DNA of 64,000 bases from Octopus vulgaris (taxonomy: Eukaryota): positions 78,120,001 to 78,184,000 of the forward strand of contig OX597814.1 of assembly GCA_951406725.2 (NCBI GenBank), read 5' to 3'. Below are positions 41,906-55,266 of the stretch, piece after piece (positions within the stretch are counted from its first letter, which is position 1; each line of letters starts with the position of its first letter). A program made the position numbers and the translations under genes. Under the pieces are notes generated by a model. It was not told the origin of the DNA. It made no database searches and worked only from the letters and a program-made list of their open reading frames with translations.

Positions 41906-43069
41906 TGTTCTTATTATCAAAAGCCAGAGGCGGCAATTAATAGGGAGAATCGTTAAAGTACCTGAAAATGCTTTGCAATATTTGATCCGGCTCTTTATGT
42001 TCTGAGTTTAAATAAATTGTCTTTCTGTCTTCTAGGATCAATATAATAAAGTACTCGTTAAGTACCGGGCAGATTTAATTGACCAACTGCCCACCCACGA
42101 ATATGCATATCTAAGAAATTAGTAGGGTGATGGATGATACAATAGTTAGCGTGTCTAAGAAAATGCCTTGTGGTATTCAGTTCCGATCATTTACATTCTG
42201 TGTTCAAATCCTACCAAGGTTGATTTTTACCTTTTATCCACTTTAGGTCGATAGATTAAAATAACGGTTAGGTATAGGAATGGATTCAATCGGCTTGCCT
42301 TTCATCTAAAATGCCTTTAGTTAACCTTACGTTCTATTTTATTTAACCCTACGTTAAATAAAATTTTGTTAACTCTACGTTCTAAGATTAAATCGCTCCA
42401 AGGTCAACTAGGACTTTAATACTTCCGAGTTTAAAAAATAAATGCATCACTAGGGTCGATTAGGGCAACGATATCATTTTTTAGATAGCGGGGATTGTAC
42501 CAAAGTTAGAAACTATTATTAGTGATTGGGAGAAGAGTGGAATCTAAGAATCAGTTGAGCGACGAACTGTACGTTCCGAGCCGGTGTCGTCTTTACTTTT
42601 CATCATTCTGAACTCATTAATTAATATCAGCACTGTATATGAGAAATAAGAATACACAGATGTTTATATTATAGTTGCTACTCGCGTTCCTGCGCATCAT
42701 GGTTGTTTGGAGCCCTGCAATACATGTTCCAAATACATTTAGATGCTCAACTACAACGGATCATCGGGGAATATCTTATCCTTCATGATACGTTGTGGTT
42801 GATCACCGAAATGCACTTGGAACACCAAATGCACAGATCCAAACAACTATAATAGTGAAACGCACGTAAGAATTATAGTATAAATTCGTATTTATATCAT
42901 AATCCTCCCACATTTGCCCTTTAGTTCATAACTAGTAATACTACTCGGTATAGAATTTACGTAACTTTTACAGGAAACAGACTGGATTCTGATGAGCTAC
43001 GTGGAACTTTCAACACAACAGTAGCAGTCAAACATCTATTTGTATATACAATTTCAACTATCATCATTG

Positions 43070-43290
43070 TACATTGGTTTCACACTTTGGCACAAGGCCA
43101 ACAGTTTCTGGGGAGGGAGTAAGTCGATTGCATCGACCCCTGTGATCAACTGGTACATATTTTGTCGACCCCTAAAAAACGAAAAGCAAAGTCGACCGTG
43201 ACAGAAAATTTGAACTAAGAATTTAAAGAGCGATGAAATGCCACTAAGCATTTTGACCGGCGGGCTAATGATTTTGTCAGCTCGCCGCCT
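43070..43290 (-). mobile_element. Nin-like SINE
   Basis: Reverse complement of the 41077 family (ends CAGCTCGCCGCCT on plus). Confidence 0.75.
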
Positions 43291-43470
43291 CATCATCACT
43301 ATATATTTAGATGTTAGCTTTGCAACTACGTGGTTTCGGCTTGATCTCATTACACGGATCCTTGGGCAAGGACTTCGACAAACCCATTTAATCGTAGTTA
43401 TTTTTTTTACTCACTATATTATCTATGTACGATCCTAGTGCATTTGTACTAAGAATGCAGAGTTACGTAT

Positions 43471-43528
43471 CAGGACCGGATCGCCACCAATGGTAAAACT
43501 TAATGACATGCCTTTTCAGAAATGTCAT
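43471..43528 (-). pseudogene. Damaged integrin alpha-like exon: DDISE..GMSLSFTIGGDPVL
   Basis: Acceptor TTTTAGTAG. GMSLS...PVL joins naturally to VCSHR. It is 1 nt short for frame, and the expected donor reads ATACGT instead of GT. Confidence 0.55.
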
Positions 43529-43891
43529 CTACTAAAATTAAGAATCGAAATCAGGTCAAAGACTCGGCTCTGTTCCCTCTTAGCTCTATGACGTTCATCA
43601 TACAGAGCTGAACACTACCACCGCTACTACTGCTGACGCCATCGTTCATGCTACAAACATACGACTATATGATATGTTTAGGGGAAATATTCAACAAAAT
43701 TTTAAAGATTTTTTTTTCATCTTAAAGGTATATTTGGAGCATCTTCATCCACGCAAAACCAAAAAGGAGTTTGATCAACACTTTTTCAAATTGTAATTTA
43801 AGGTGTTTGGCCAATAATAAACAAGCGAGGAATGGGCTGAAAAGATTCCAAGCGTTGTAGAAACAAAAACCCACTTAAATAATCAAATCTA

Positions 43892-44452
43892 TTGGGTTGT
43901 CCGGAAAGTTCGTGCCGATTTATAGTAGCTTACCTTTCGACTTATTTTAGAACGTGGTTGAGTCTATAAAATAGAATTTGACTACACCTCCATTTAGAGC
44001 ATAGTTTAAGCTATCTTTTCGTAGAAGGTTTATGTTCCTATAAGCTGTGTTAATTCTGTAACCCTTGAAAATGGAAGATAAAGTTCATTCTCGGCACTTG
44101 AGTCTTTGGGAACCAGACAAAAATTGCTGCAGCTCGGCTGGGATGTGTTACCCCACCCTCATATTCACCAGATATTGCTCCTTCGGATTTCCACTTATTC
44201 AGGTCTCTGCAGAATAGTCTTAATGGTAAAATATTTCAATTCCTTGGATGACGTAAAAAGATACCTTAATGAATTCTTTGCCATGAAACCACCATCAATT
44301 CTGGGAAGAGGGTATTTTCAAGTTAAAAGAAAGATGGAGACGCATTGTGCAACAAAATAGTTCATATTTGGTTGATTAAAAATGTAATGGCAAGTATTTA
44401 TTGACCTTTTTCTTTCCTTTAAAAGTCGACACGAACTTTCCGGACAACCCAA
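43892..44452 (+). mobile_element. Internally deleted mariner transposon
   Basis: TA-flanked TIRs TTGGGTTGTCCGGAAAGTTCGTG / CACGAACTTTCCGGACAACCCAA. Remnant reads LGWDVLPHP, then (frameshift) YSPDIAPSDFHLFRSLQN. Confidence 0.92.
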
Positions 44453-44974
44453 TATAAACTAGCTCTAAATTAAAGAAGTATAATAAAAAAACTTTTCAAT
44501 TGTCTTGTTTTGATATTTCAACACTAATTAAACAATAGTAGTTCACTTAAATATATATTCGCAATTGTAAATAATTCGCTTTAGTGCCAACATTTGTAAA
44601 ATGTTGAATATTCCCTTTCGCCATCGAACGCGTTATATATGTACATATGTATTTGTATGTGTGTGTACATATATGAGGCTTACGCAGTGTGTTCACATGT
44701 TCATTATTATAATATATCAATTGTATTATGAAGCTGTGTAAACAAATTACAATGAAATTGTTATCCTTTCGGGGGTTCGTGTCAACCGTCACTCCAAGCC
44801 ACCGATTAGTTTTGCTGGTACCACCTTTTAAAAAGAAAAAAAAACATATATATAGTATATGTTATATAGATAGTTTATATTTATACATACATACATGCAA
44901 TATATATATGTGTGTGTATGTATGTATGCATGTATACTCAAACGCAGACACGCACATACACACACACGCGCTTG

Positions 44975-45160
44975 CAAGGGGGTGCTGAAAAGTTCTATGT
45001 TTGGTAAGAGAAAATACAGGAGGATGATTCTGTTCAACTTATTCCCCTCTCAGATCGACACACGCAGCAGTCCTTCAGTTTTCTAAGCCCTGTAAAAGAA
45101 CTCGGAAGGTTGGGCTTCCAACGATACCCTTAAAGTCAGGAACTTTTCAGCACCACTTCG
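44975..45160. mobile_element. Mariner-type MITE relic
   Basis: Imperfect TIRs CAAGGGGGTGCTGAAAAGTTC / GAACTTTTCAGCACCACTTCG. Confidence 0.7.
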
Positions 45161-47945
45161 TGTGTAAATCTGTGTGTGTGCGTGCGTGTGCGTGTGTACA
45201 CACACACACAGGTGCAACAATACCGACACGTTCCGGACACTGATGGTCTGAAAGCTCTTGTGATTCGCGCTATTTTACACTAATTGAAACTGTGTTTCAA
45301 TTATTTATTTAAGTAAATTTAATACTTAATTTAATTTAGAATGTATTGGTCTATGTAACCATCTTTGGTTCGAAAAAATCAGTATTTCGTAGAGGGTTTG
45401 ATACCAATGTTTCCGGAAAATCGATGTATTATATTTATATACATATATTACAATAAATTCTTTAATAGTTTGAAATCGTAAGCACAATATAGTGGGAACG
45501 AGTTCAATTTACTATTTTCCTGGAAGATGCAAAAGCGGGTTCATTAATTGGCAGAAACATGATTATCTTCAGCTGTAAACTTGTGACTTGTAGGTGTTAA
45601 GTCAAATGAAATTGCACCCTCTAAAACGTACCCAAAGTACATATTTTAAAGCCTGGTACTTATTCCAGCGGCTACTTTCTGCCGAACCACGATGTCACGG
45701 AGACGTAAATAAACCAACAACGGTTGACAAGCGGTGGTGGGTTCACACAAAGATATACATACACATGTAAGAAGACATTCATCCACACATTTATACACAC
45801 ATGCACGTGTACACACACATGTATATGTGTAAATTATAAACTGACGAAGGCGGCTATATGCAACATAAAACCGAAAAGGAAAAATTCGCTTGTCCCTAAT
45901 TGTGATTGACGGTGCAGGGTAACACGTACATTGCTACAAATAAGAGTTAAATACCCACTTGTCCAAGATTTCACGCAGTGGGAATGAATCCGAAACCATA
46001 TGGTTGGGAAGCAGGCTTCTTACTACACAGCGTATATTTTGCACCTATATCTTGATTAAATTAATTTTTCTCTAACAAGTTTACGACAACAGTGAGAACC
46101 CGATACGTCTTACTGAATCTCAAGCAACAAATAAATATGGATAAGGAACTACGAAGTTGTGACATAAGTGAAGTAAAATGAATTCAAACAACGTCCGATG
46201 GCGCTGTTGATTACTTTGTTCTACACCATTTAGCGTGTAAAATCGGAAAATATAATATTTTGTTTTTGCACATTGACCGAATGAAAAAAGTAGCTGAATC
46301 TTGGTTTGTTAAAAAAAAAGAAGGAAACGATTAGGTCAAAGCTAGGGTTTCAAATTCAGTGGATGCCACTTATTCTAGTCACTGATGATATTGACAAACG
46401 TTATCATTATCAAAATAAGTATTAAATATACTCAGAATCCAACGAGATCCTTTGTTTAATGCTATCAGCCGGTTATTACTCTAAAAGTCTTCCTCCAAAA
46501 TCGATTACTTCACTGTATAAATATAATCAGCTGCTAAACATACTATCATAGTGGAATGAGCAGGAAACACGAGGGCCCAGTATTCATTGCCACTCTTCTG
46601 TGAGTAGTGTACAGGTATAGGAAGTTTTGGAATGTTTACGAAGTGTTTGTGTTTGAAGCATTTCCATATCTATAGACCTTAAGCTCCCTACATCGTAATA
46701 GGATTTGGGTTACTCGAAAGCTTAATGCGTTGTATCATATCTTTGAAGGAATTGGATTTTGCTTATCCTTCTGGTCAACCCTGATCTAACACTTCAATGG
46801 TGAAAAGTCTTTTGGGGGAGCCATGTAGGAAAATATGATGTAATGTGTCCTTTTGATATGAAGCAGTGTAATTTGAAGGTAATTTGGCTACATTTTCTGG
46901 CTGGCTGGTTGAATTTGTCCATGTGAAACGTTAATGTTTAGGGACAGTTTCATTGCCATTAGGGCAATTTCATCGTTATAGCTTTATCGTGATATGAGAA
47001 ATATATTCAGTGTTTGTGCTTGATAATAACAAAATCAAATAATGCTCTAATTGATGACCGAAAGATGAGGAACAACCAACTAAGAACTCAATGATTCGTG
47101 TTTTCTTTTTCTTTTTCTCTTTTATTGCTTCGTCATAACAGAGTCTTCGAGACTGTTGAGAAGGTAAAAGGCATCCTCAAACCGAAGCCAAATTGGCTCG
47201 AATGCTCGCAGCAAAGTAGTCCATAACGCTTTCCGCCCGACTCTATAACGAGACGCTAGTCCACCATCGTAGACTGGTGCTTTATTTTGACCTTTTATGA
47301 CTGTCAATTCGCTGCTTTTGTCGCGGTCAGGTTACCTAACTGTCACGTGACCCAGTGCTCCGAGGTGTTTACCTATTACAATCTAAGAAACAATTCGTTT
47401 CAGCCAGAAGCGGCTCTGTCACTTTACCGAATGATTCGTATGTGATTGCATCCGGCTTGTCTGCTTTACTGAATATGTGACGTTAAATGCGAAATTATTT
47501 CATCTGTCTTTGATTAGCGAACAATAAAATTCAGTGTCGAAAAAGATTCATTTCTGCAATGGATTAAAATGAATTAACATACTAATAATAGAAATAAAAA
47601 TAATAGAAATAAAATAAAGTGAGATTCATTCATTTGATTTTTAAAATGCGTTTCTCCCATTCGAGATATTTTAGGCAATAAATGTTTTCCCTTTCCAAAA
47701 AGAATGAAGTCACAGAGACTGAGGGTGTTTCATAGACTGTTGCAATATAGTTTACATGAATAATCGATTCGTAGAAAGAAGGGACTGATAAAATTTGTCA
47801 AATCTAAAACCGTCTTCAATTTCTATCCTGTGGGAAAAGCTACCTTGCCCCCGTAGACCAAATATAAATCTCTCAACCACTTATAGCTAAGAAAACTAGA
47901 GACAAGTGCCAGGGTTTAAAAAAAAGTGCCAAGTGACATTTTTCT

Positions 47946-48117
47946 ATAGGCGCAGACGTGGCTCTGTGGTAAGAAGTTTGCTTTCCGACTAATTTGTGCT
48001 CCGGGTTCAGTTCAGCTACGCTGAAACTTGAGCAAGTACCTTCTACTGTAGCTCCGGGCCGTCCAAAGCCTTGTGAGTAGATTTGGTTGACGGAAACTGA
48101 AAGAATCCCGTCATATA

Positions 48118-48155
<38 letters not shown>

Positions 48156-48330
48156 CCACCACCGGTTGACAACTGGTGTTGGTGGTTTACGTTCTCGTAA
48201 TTTAATGGTTCGGCAAAAGCACCTGGCCTTAAAATATAAGAAATGGGGTCGATCCGTTCGATTCGTTCGACTGAATTTCTACAAGGTGGTGCCCCAGCAT
48301 GGCTGCAATCCAATAACTGAAACAATTGAA
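47946..48330 (+). mobile_element. tRNA-derived SINE
   Basis: Same family as 33290. Tail GGTGGTGCCCCAGCATGGCTGC. Confidence 0.85.
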
Positions 48331-48383
48331 AGATAAAATATAAATGTCTTCCTGAACTTTACAGAAATCAAAAAATTTCTTAC

Positions 48384-48490
48384 CTGCATATGAAGGGAAA
48401 AGTCTGTTACAAACATGCTGTTCGATATCGCATTGATAGAAATTATTTTCTCTCCGAATCAAAGGTTCATACGGGGCTCCAACTAGCAAC
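48384..48490 (-). CDS. Integrin alpha-like exon, first FG-GAP repeat: LLVGAPYEPLIRRENNFYQCDIEQHVCNRLFPSYA
   Basis: 107 nt, acceptor TTTATTCGCAG, donor GTAAGA, phase 2-1. LLVGAP...YxC.....C is the typical second coding exon of integrin alpha chains. Confidence 0.85.
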
Positions 48491-50896
48491 CTGCGAATAA
48501 AGCAGATTTGAATAAGAACAAACAAACAAAAAAATGAAGAAACATTAAAATCTTTTTATTTTTATCTTGACTAAAAAAAAGAAAGCGGTTATTGTAGTTT
48601 AGTCCGAGGCCAACTCTGATCAAGCAGAACTATCTTAAAAAATGTGTTCCGGCAGTGTATCGAAAAGCACAATGCACTCTTCACTTTTTAAATAGTTAGC
48701 GTATGGTATTAGAAAGATTTAGTTGTATTTCTGACAAGCCAAAATTAAAAACACCATTCCGTGAAGACCTAACCTTGTTAGTAGTAGTAGTTTTTGGTTT
48801 ACATGATCAAAGACAGATTTTAGAAAAAGAAAATATCTCAATGGCTTTCTCGTGTATTCTTTTACTGCTTGAATATGGAAAAAGAGGGAAACCACCACGT
48901 ATGGGTTGCAGCTGGAAGAAACAACGCATCAAAATAATGGGTTATCTTCACATCGGCAAGCATAGACCAAAGGGCAGGGAGCAGGACCCCATTAAAATTA
49001 TCCAAGAACCAGGCGGCAGCGTTAAACCAAGACCCGCCCCCATGTTCATGGACCAAGTTTGCAAAGAACTTAGCATTTCATTTCGGTAACTGTCGTAATT
49101 ATTGCAATTTTATTGTCATATTCGCAATTATATAACTTCCTTTGATGCCTTTATGATTTCGGTTACATTGACATTTTATACTTTAAAACAATCTATTTTG
49201 GAATGCTTCTGATGAAATCTACTTCAGAATCATTGAATAATCCTGACAGAGACGAATAAAATCAGTAAAATTCAAGAAAATAACAATTAGTTAGGTAGTC
49301 AAACTAGCACATTACTGCTAGCTATTTTATCGACTCCCTAACACAGAAAAGCAAAAGCTACTTTGGCGAAAATAACAGTTTCTAACATAGATACAAGAAT
49401 ACAAATTTGGGGAAGTGGTTAATCGATTAAATCACCGACTTTGGCTTGATTTGAACTCAGAGAGCAACAAGCCGGAACAAATTCCGCAATGCATTATTTT
49501 TTTCCCACTACTCTAACGGATCTGCCAATCCACCAATCTCATGATTACCACACAATAATAATGCTTTCTAATTTAGGCCCAAAGCCAGTAATTTTGAAGT
49601 GAAGCGATTAGTTTATACCATTGTCCTCAGTATTTGACTGGTACCTAATTTTATTAATCCCGGAGGGGAGCGATTAAAAGCAATGTAATGGGTTGGAAGA
49701 AAAACACAAGGCATTTAACCCCCGACAATTAAACGATTCTGTCAGCTTGGGTTCAAAGCCACACATTAGCTGTGTCGAAATTTAATCTATGTATGGAACC
49801 CCACCCAGACTTATTTGTTGCTTGATATAGTCTATTACACGTATTTGTTTGGTGTTGACAGAGTCAATTGTATTGGTATTTATTTGACATTGTTTTCTTT
49901 TATCGGCTGCAGAATACATTTAGTTCAAGTTGCTCCCGATAAAACAGTCACATGATCAAGTGTGTACCAGCTCTGGTAATTTTTTTTTCCTTAAGCAAAG
50001 TATACTTGGCAATTTTTTTTTCAAAACTGTTGTCGTCGTTCAACAGTCATGTTTCCTCACTGAGTGTCTATTTGAAACGGATTGCAGTGATTCAAACGGA
50101 GACCAAGGCCGGGCAACTAGCATTTGAAATGTCAGATATTCATAGTTTTCAACAAATCGGACAAAACAGTGAGTTTTCACCTTTTGCTTTATCCATTGAT
50201 GGATAAAAGCGACGACATTCTCAATGGGTGTTTAGACGTCGACGAAGGTCAACTGAAGAGTCTATCACAGAAAATTTTCAGCACTAGGGCTATAGATAAG
50301 TTAACTTCCAAAAATCTTTGACCTGACAAAGCTACTGGGGTTGGGGTATTGCCTGTTCGGAATAGTCTACAGATATGAAAATACTGTCAGTCAAACCTGT
50401 TCGGGATGTAATCTTTTGGCTGGTTACGACGGCGAGAGAATGGAAACGGTTGAAAAGATTAAGGATAGACATTTTCCACTTCGGTCAAACCATCAAGTTT
50501 CACTTGAAGGTGAAACAAAAGGCGTTATTCTGAACTAAATTTGTTGAAAGTCAATGGGTGAGAGTTGCGAGAACGACCCACGTGAATGGACCTTCTTTCA
50601 ATATATGCCAGAAGGGTGGAGAATACGACTAGGATAGGGTTCTTGCTTTTGGTAATGAAGGTAGTCCTATATATATGGGCTTCTTTGACTGGCACTAGGT
50701 GTGTTCCTACTAGAATGTTTCATTGCATTTCTTCTGTATACTGTTACTTTGTAAGCATGTTCTTTTTTATTTTTTATTTTCATAGCTGATTCTGCATAAA
50801 CACCCACCGTACTGTAATTTATTCTTGTAATGTTCCCTCATCCAACATCTTTAGGTGTTTTTTTTTCTATTTAACAGGCATTGCCTTTAGCAATAG

Positions 50897-51690
50897 TAAG
50901 GTGGCAAGCTGGCAAAGTCGCTATTACACAGGCAAAATGTTTAGTGGCATTTATTCCCGCTTTACGTTTTTTAGTTCGAATTTCGCCGAGGTCGACTTTG
51001 CTTTTCATCCTTCGAAGACGATGAAATAAGTGCAAGTTGATCGCTGGGGTCGATGTGATCGACTAGTCACCTCTCCCTAAATTTCAGGCCTTGTGCATTT
51101 AGCAAAACAAATTATTACCATTATTAGCTGGAAGAATCGTTACCGCTCCGGACAAAATGCTTAGTGGTATTTCATCTGGTTCTGAGTTCAAATTTCAACG
51201 AGATCGGCTTTGTCTTTCCTCGACTCCCTTCCCCTCACTTTAGATTGTTGGCCTTGCACCAAAATTAGAAAGAATTACTATTATTAGGATTTGTATAGGT
51301 CGGCTATCTGTCAGGAGTTAGTACGCCGGGCAAAATGCTTAGCGGTATTTTGTCTGTCGCTACGTTCTGAGTTCAAATTCCGCTGAGGTCGACTTTGCCT
51401 TTCATCCTTTCGGGGTCGATTAAATAAGTACCAGTTACGATATAATCGACTTAATCTGTTTGTCTGTCCTTGTTTGTTCCCTCTGTGTTTAGCTCCTTGT
51501 GGATAGTAAAGAAATAGGTATTTCGCCCGTCGTTAAGTTCTGAGTTCAAATTTCGCCGAAGTGGACTTTGCCTTTCATCCTTTCGGGTCCGATGAATTAA
51601 GTACCAGTGAAACACTGGCGTCGATGTAATCGACTAGTCCTCTCCCCTAAAATGTCAGGCCTTGTATCTATAGTAGAAGGGATTATGATT
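50897..51690 (+). mobile_element. Cluster of Nin-like SINE copies
   Basis: Four successive TTCTGAGTTCAAATTCCGCCGAGGTCGACTTTGCCTTTCATCC-type units. Confidence 0.85.
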
Positions 51691-52786
51691 CGTATTAGTA
51701 GTTAATTGTTGAAATTTTGTTATATAATATTTGTTAGGGCCACCAGCACCCAACAAAACCGATTGCTTGGTTTGTATCAGGCCCATATGAGGTCTAATTT
51801 TCTTTACTCTTAGAAATGTGGACCAGTGCTTTACCAAATTCGCCACTAAACCGCCTTGACAACATCAACAATAATAACTAGGTATTTCTATTTTGATGCG
51901 CAAATTTATCGATCTTTATAACATTTTTCATACTGTTTCTTCGATTTCCTTCCATAGTTTATATCATTTAAAGCATAACATTTGAAGTGGTTTTATATAT
52001 TAAATATTTGGATTATGACTTGGATTATTTCGTTCCATAGTTAAGTCGTTCATTTTTTCTTTTTCCTTATTATTATTTTTTTCAGTTAAAAGTGTAACGG
52101 TGGAACACATCGCGACAAGTAGGATATGGTTGATGACGATGATGATAATTATATTGATGATGATGACGACGACAGCGAAATGGTGATGGTTGAAGAGGTT
52201 GGTTCTTTACAGACAGATAGATGTAAAGAAACTGTAGGTGTGAAGGGGATTTACAAATCCAATTCTTAAAATGAAAGCGTTCGTTTGTTCATATACTAGT
52301 TTTAATCTTAATCCAGAAATATGCGGGTAAACCAGTTAAATAAGGGAATATTTCAAAGGATAAAAAAATCCTAAATAGAAATGTATCAAAACGTCAAGCT
52401 ATTTTGGGTGTTGCTTTTATATAAACGAACTTGATATTGTAAATCCTGAGAGATTAGGACCAAGTGTAAAAGAAGCGCATTTGTGTCTGCGTGTGTGATG
52501 CGTATACATAGGTATAAATATGCGTGGATAAACTTATATCTGTACATTATATAGACACATAGAGATATGTGCATATGTATATGCACACACACACACATGT
52601 ATATATATGAATATGTCTGTATGTATATAAATAGATATATGTATGTAAGCATGTATGTTTGCATCTATCTATCTATCTATTTATATATATATGTATGTGT
52701 GTGTGTGTGTGTGTATGTATATATACACACACACACATTATATATATATATATATATATGTGTGTATATATACATACATATATACA

Positions 52787-52937
52787 TAGGCACAGGCGTG
52801 GCGGTATGGTAAGAAGTTTGCTTCCCAACCCCATGGTTCCGGGTTCAGTCCCATTGTTTAGCACTTTGGGCAAGTGTCTTCCACTATAGTCTCGGGCCGA
52901 CCAAAGTCTTGTGGGTGGAAACTGAAAGAAGCCCGTC

Positions 52938-52974
<37 letters not shown>

Positions 52975-53160
52975 TGTCCACCCACCGTCGCTTGACAACC
53001 AATGGTGGTATGTTTACATCCCCATAACTTAGCGGTTCGGAAAAAGAGAACGATAGAATAAGTACTAGGTTTACAAAGAATAAGTCCTGGAGTCGATTCG
53101 TTCGACTAAAAGCAGTGGTCCTGCATAGCCGCAGCCAAATGACTGAAACAAAAGAATAAA
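52787..53160 (+). mobile_element. tRNA-derived SINE
   Basis: Same family as 33290 and 47946. Confidence 0.85.
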
Positions 53161-53165
53161 AGAAA

Positions 53166-53200
<35 letters not shown>

Positions 53201-54139
53201 AATCAAAGGTAGGACCAAAAGTACACAACAAACGGAAACCAACAAAACATAACATGCAGAAAAATAGATGATAGCACGGCAAACAGCAACAGAAACAAAA
53301 ACGAGAAAGTTAGAATTATACACGTACAACAGATCGCCTTTTGGTTATACAATAGAATACAAATAAATAGATAAATAACAGAAAGATTCTTTCGACTATC
53401 GAACGAACGTAACGTTATAAAATAATGCACCGTCTCTTCTTCGCTGTGTGTGTCTCTCCCTGTATATATATATATATATATATTACATGGAAAAATGTGA
53501 GCAAGAGAAATAATATTCTTAAGATTATAAATCTGGAAAATTACAGGATAAATTATTACACTTGGAAAAGTTCTGGACAAGTTATTACATTTGGTAAAGT
53601 ACAGAACAAGAAAAATTTTACTTAAGATATTACAGCTAAGGATAAAAACTTCAAATAAAATATTTAGATTTAGAAAATATTTGCTTCTATTAAAACTAAA
53701 AATTTTATTACAGGATATTACTTCTATTTGCTATTACTTTTTACTTCTATTAAAAATTTAAAATAACTCAAAATATTTTTGCACTTCAAAATATATCGAT
53801 TTTTAAAAATTATTAATTAATAATTAGAAATTTGAAAATAGGTTATAAAAAATAATAGTAGTACATTAACAGTTAGTACAATAAATAGAATAATACAAAA
53901 ATTAGTTATATATTACAGTAAAACCTACTTGTAACAACGAATTCACAGTAAAATTTGCTTGAGTTATTGCCAACGTCATAGCCAGGTCTTCACATTTTTA
54001 GTCTTGACCCAATGCATATTTTTTACAAAATGAATTTGCCTACCATATATACTATTCTACTTTGCATAACACTTTAGCTATATTGGTACTTCTGGCTCAT
54101 TTTTTATGTATTCTAGTGTGTCAATATTTTAACAGAATA

Positions 54140-54734
54140 GTGATCTGGCAGAAAAGTTAGTACATCGGGCGAGATGCTTAGCGGTATTTTAACTGCCGCT
54201 GCGTTCTGAGTTCAAATTCCGCCGCGGTCGACTTTACCTTTCATCTTTTCGGGGTCGATAAATTAAGTACCAGTTACGCACTGGGGTTAATGTAATCGAC
54301 TTAATATGTTTGTCTGTCCTTGTTCGTCCCTTCTGTGTTTAGCTCCTTGTGGTTAGTAAAGAAATAGGTATTTCGCCTGCCGTTACGTTCTGAGTTCAAA
54401 TTCCGCCGAGGTCGACTTTGCCTTTCATCCTTTCGGGGTCGATTAAATAAGTACCAGTTACGCACTGGGGTCAATATAATCGACTTAATCCGTTTGTCTA
54501 TCCTTGTTTGTTCCCTCTGTGTTTAGTCCCTTGTGGGTAGTAAAGAAATAGGTATTTCGCCTGCCGTTACGTTCTGAGTTCAAATTCCGCGGTGGGCGAC
54601 TTCGCCTTTCACCCTTTCGGGCTCGATTAAATAAGTACCAGTTACGTACTGAGGTCGATATAATCGACCTAATCCCTTTGTCTGTTTTTGTTTGTTACCT
54701 CTATGTTTAGCCCCCTGTTGGCAATAACGAAACG
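54140..54734 (+). mobile_element. SINE concatemer: one head plus three 184-bp body units, TSD-flanked
   Basis: GGTATTT starts at 54183, 54367 and 54551. Flanks are AATATTTTAACAGAATA (54123-54139) and AATATTTTAACAAAATA (54735-54751). Confidence 0.88.
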
Positions 54735-55113
54735 AATATTTTAACAAAATAATGGTACCATTTTTAAATATAATGTTTCTTTATAAATTAAAATAAAATA
54801 ATTTTTAATATTCAAATTTTAGCCTGCAGTATTTTAAGTAAAAATTTTCTTGTTCTGTACTTTACCAGATGTAAGAAGTTGTCCAATAATTGTCCAGCTA
54901 CAAATTTTGATGAAAATATTTTCTACTAGATCAAATCTCAATTCTTTTTTATGCCAAAATGTAGCTAGGGCCCAGTCTTCTTCAAAACTCTTAACAGTTT
55001 TCAATTTGGTTCAGAACTGAATTAGCGAGAAGCTCTGAAAGATGCTGCGTGTGAGTAAATTGCGACCTTAAGAATACTATTCAACAACTGCCGTAGTTAA
55101 ATGATATACATAT

Positions 55114-55182
<69 letters not shown>

Positions 55183-55203
55183 GTTACAATTACTCAATAG
55201 TCA

Positions 55204-55266
55204 AGATAAAACTCTGAGTTTCAGATGCTGAAGTGGAAATCCACAACACCATCTCTTCGGTTATCT
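55204..55266 (-). ncRNA. Variant type I hammerhead in the PLE pLTR
   Basis: Minus strand AGATAA-CCGAAGA-GATG...CATC-T-GAAA-CTCAGAG-TT-TTATCT. Confidence 0.65.

Noticed and set aside
48703-50789. Short ORFs of 64-128 aa upstream of the integrin exon
   Set aside because: No recognisable motifs or consistent splice structure.
54183-54734. CRISPR-like or satellite array
   Set aside because: Whole 184-bp units repeat with no unique spacers; this is a SINE concatemer in eukaryotic DNA.
54940-55090. Possible integrin first exon (GPSY/FG-like fragments)
   Set aside because: Stops in the candidate frames; no signal peptide or FNxD motif.
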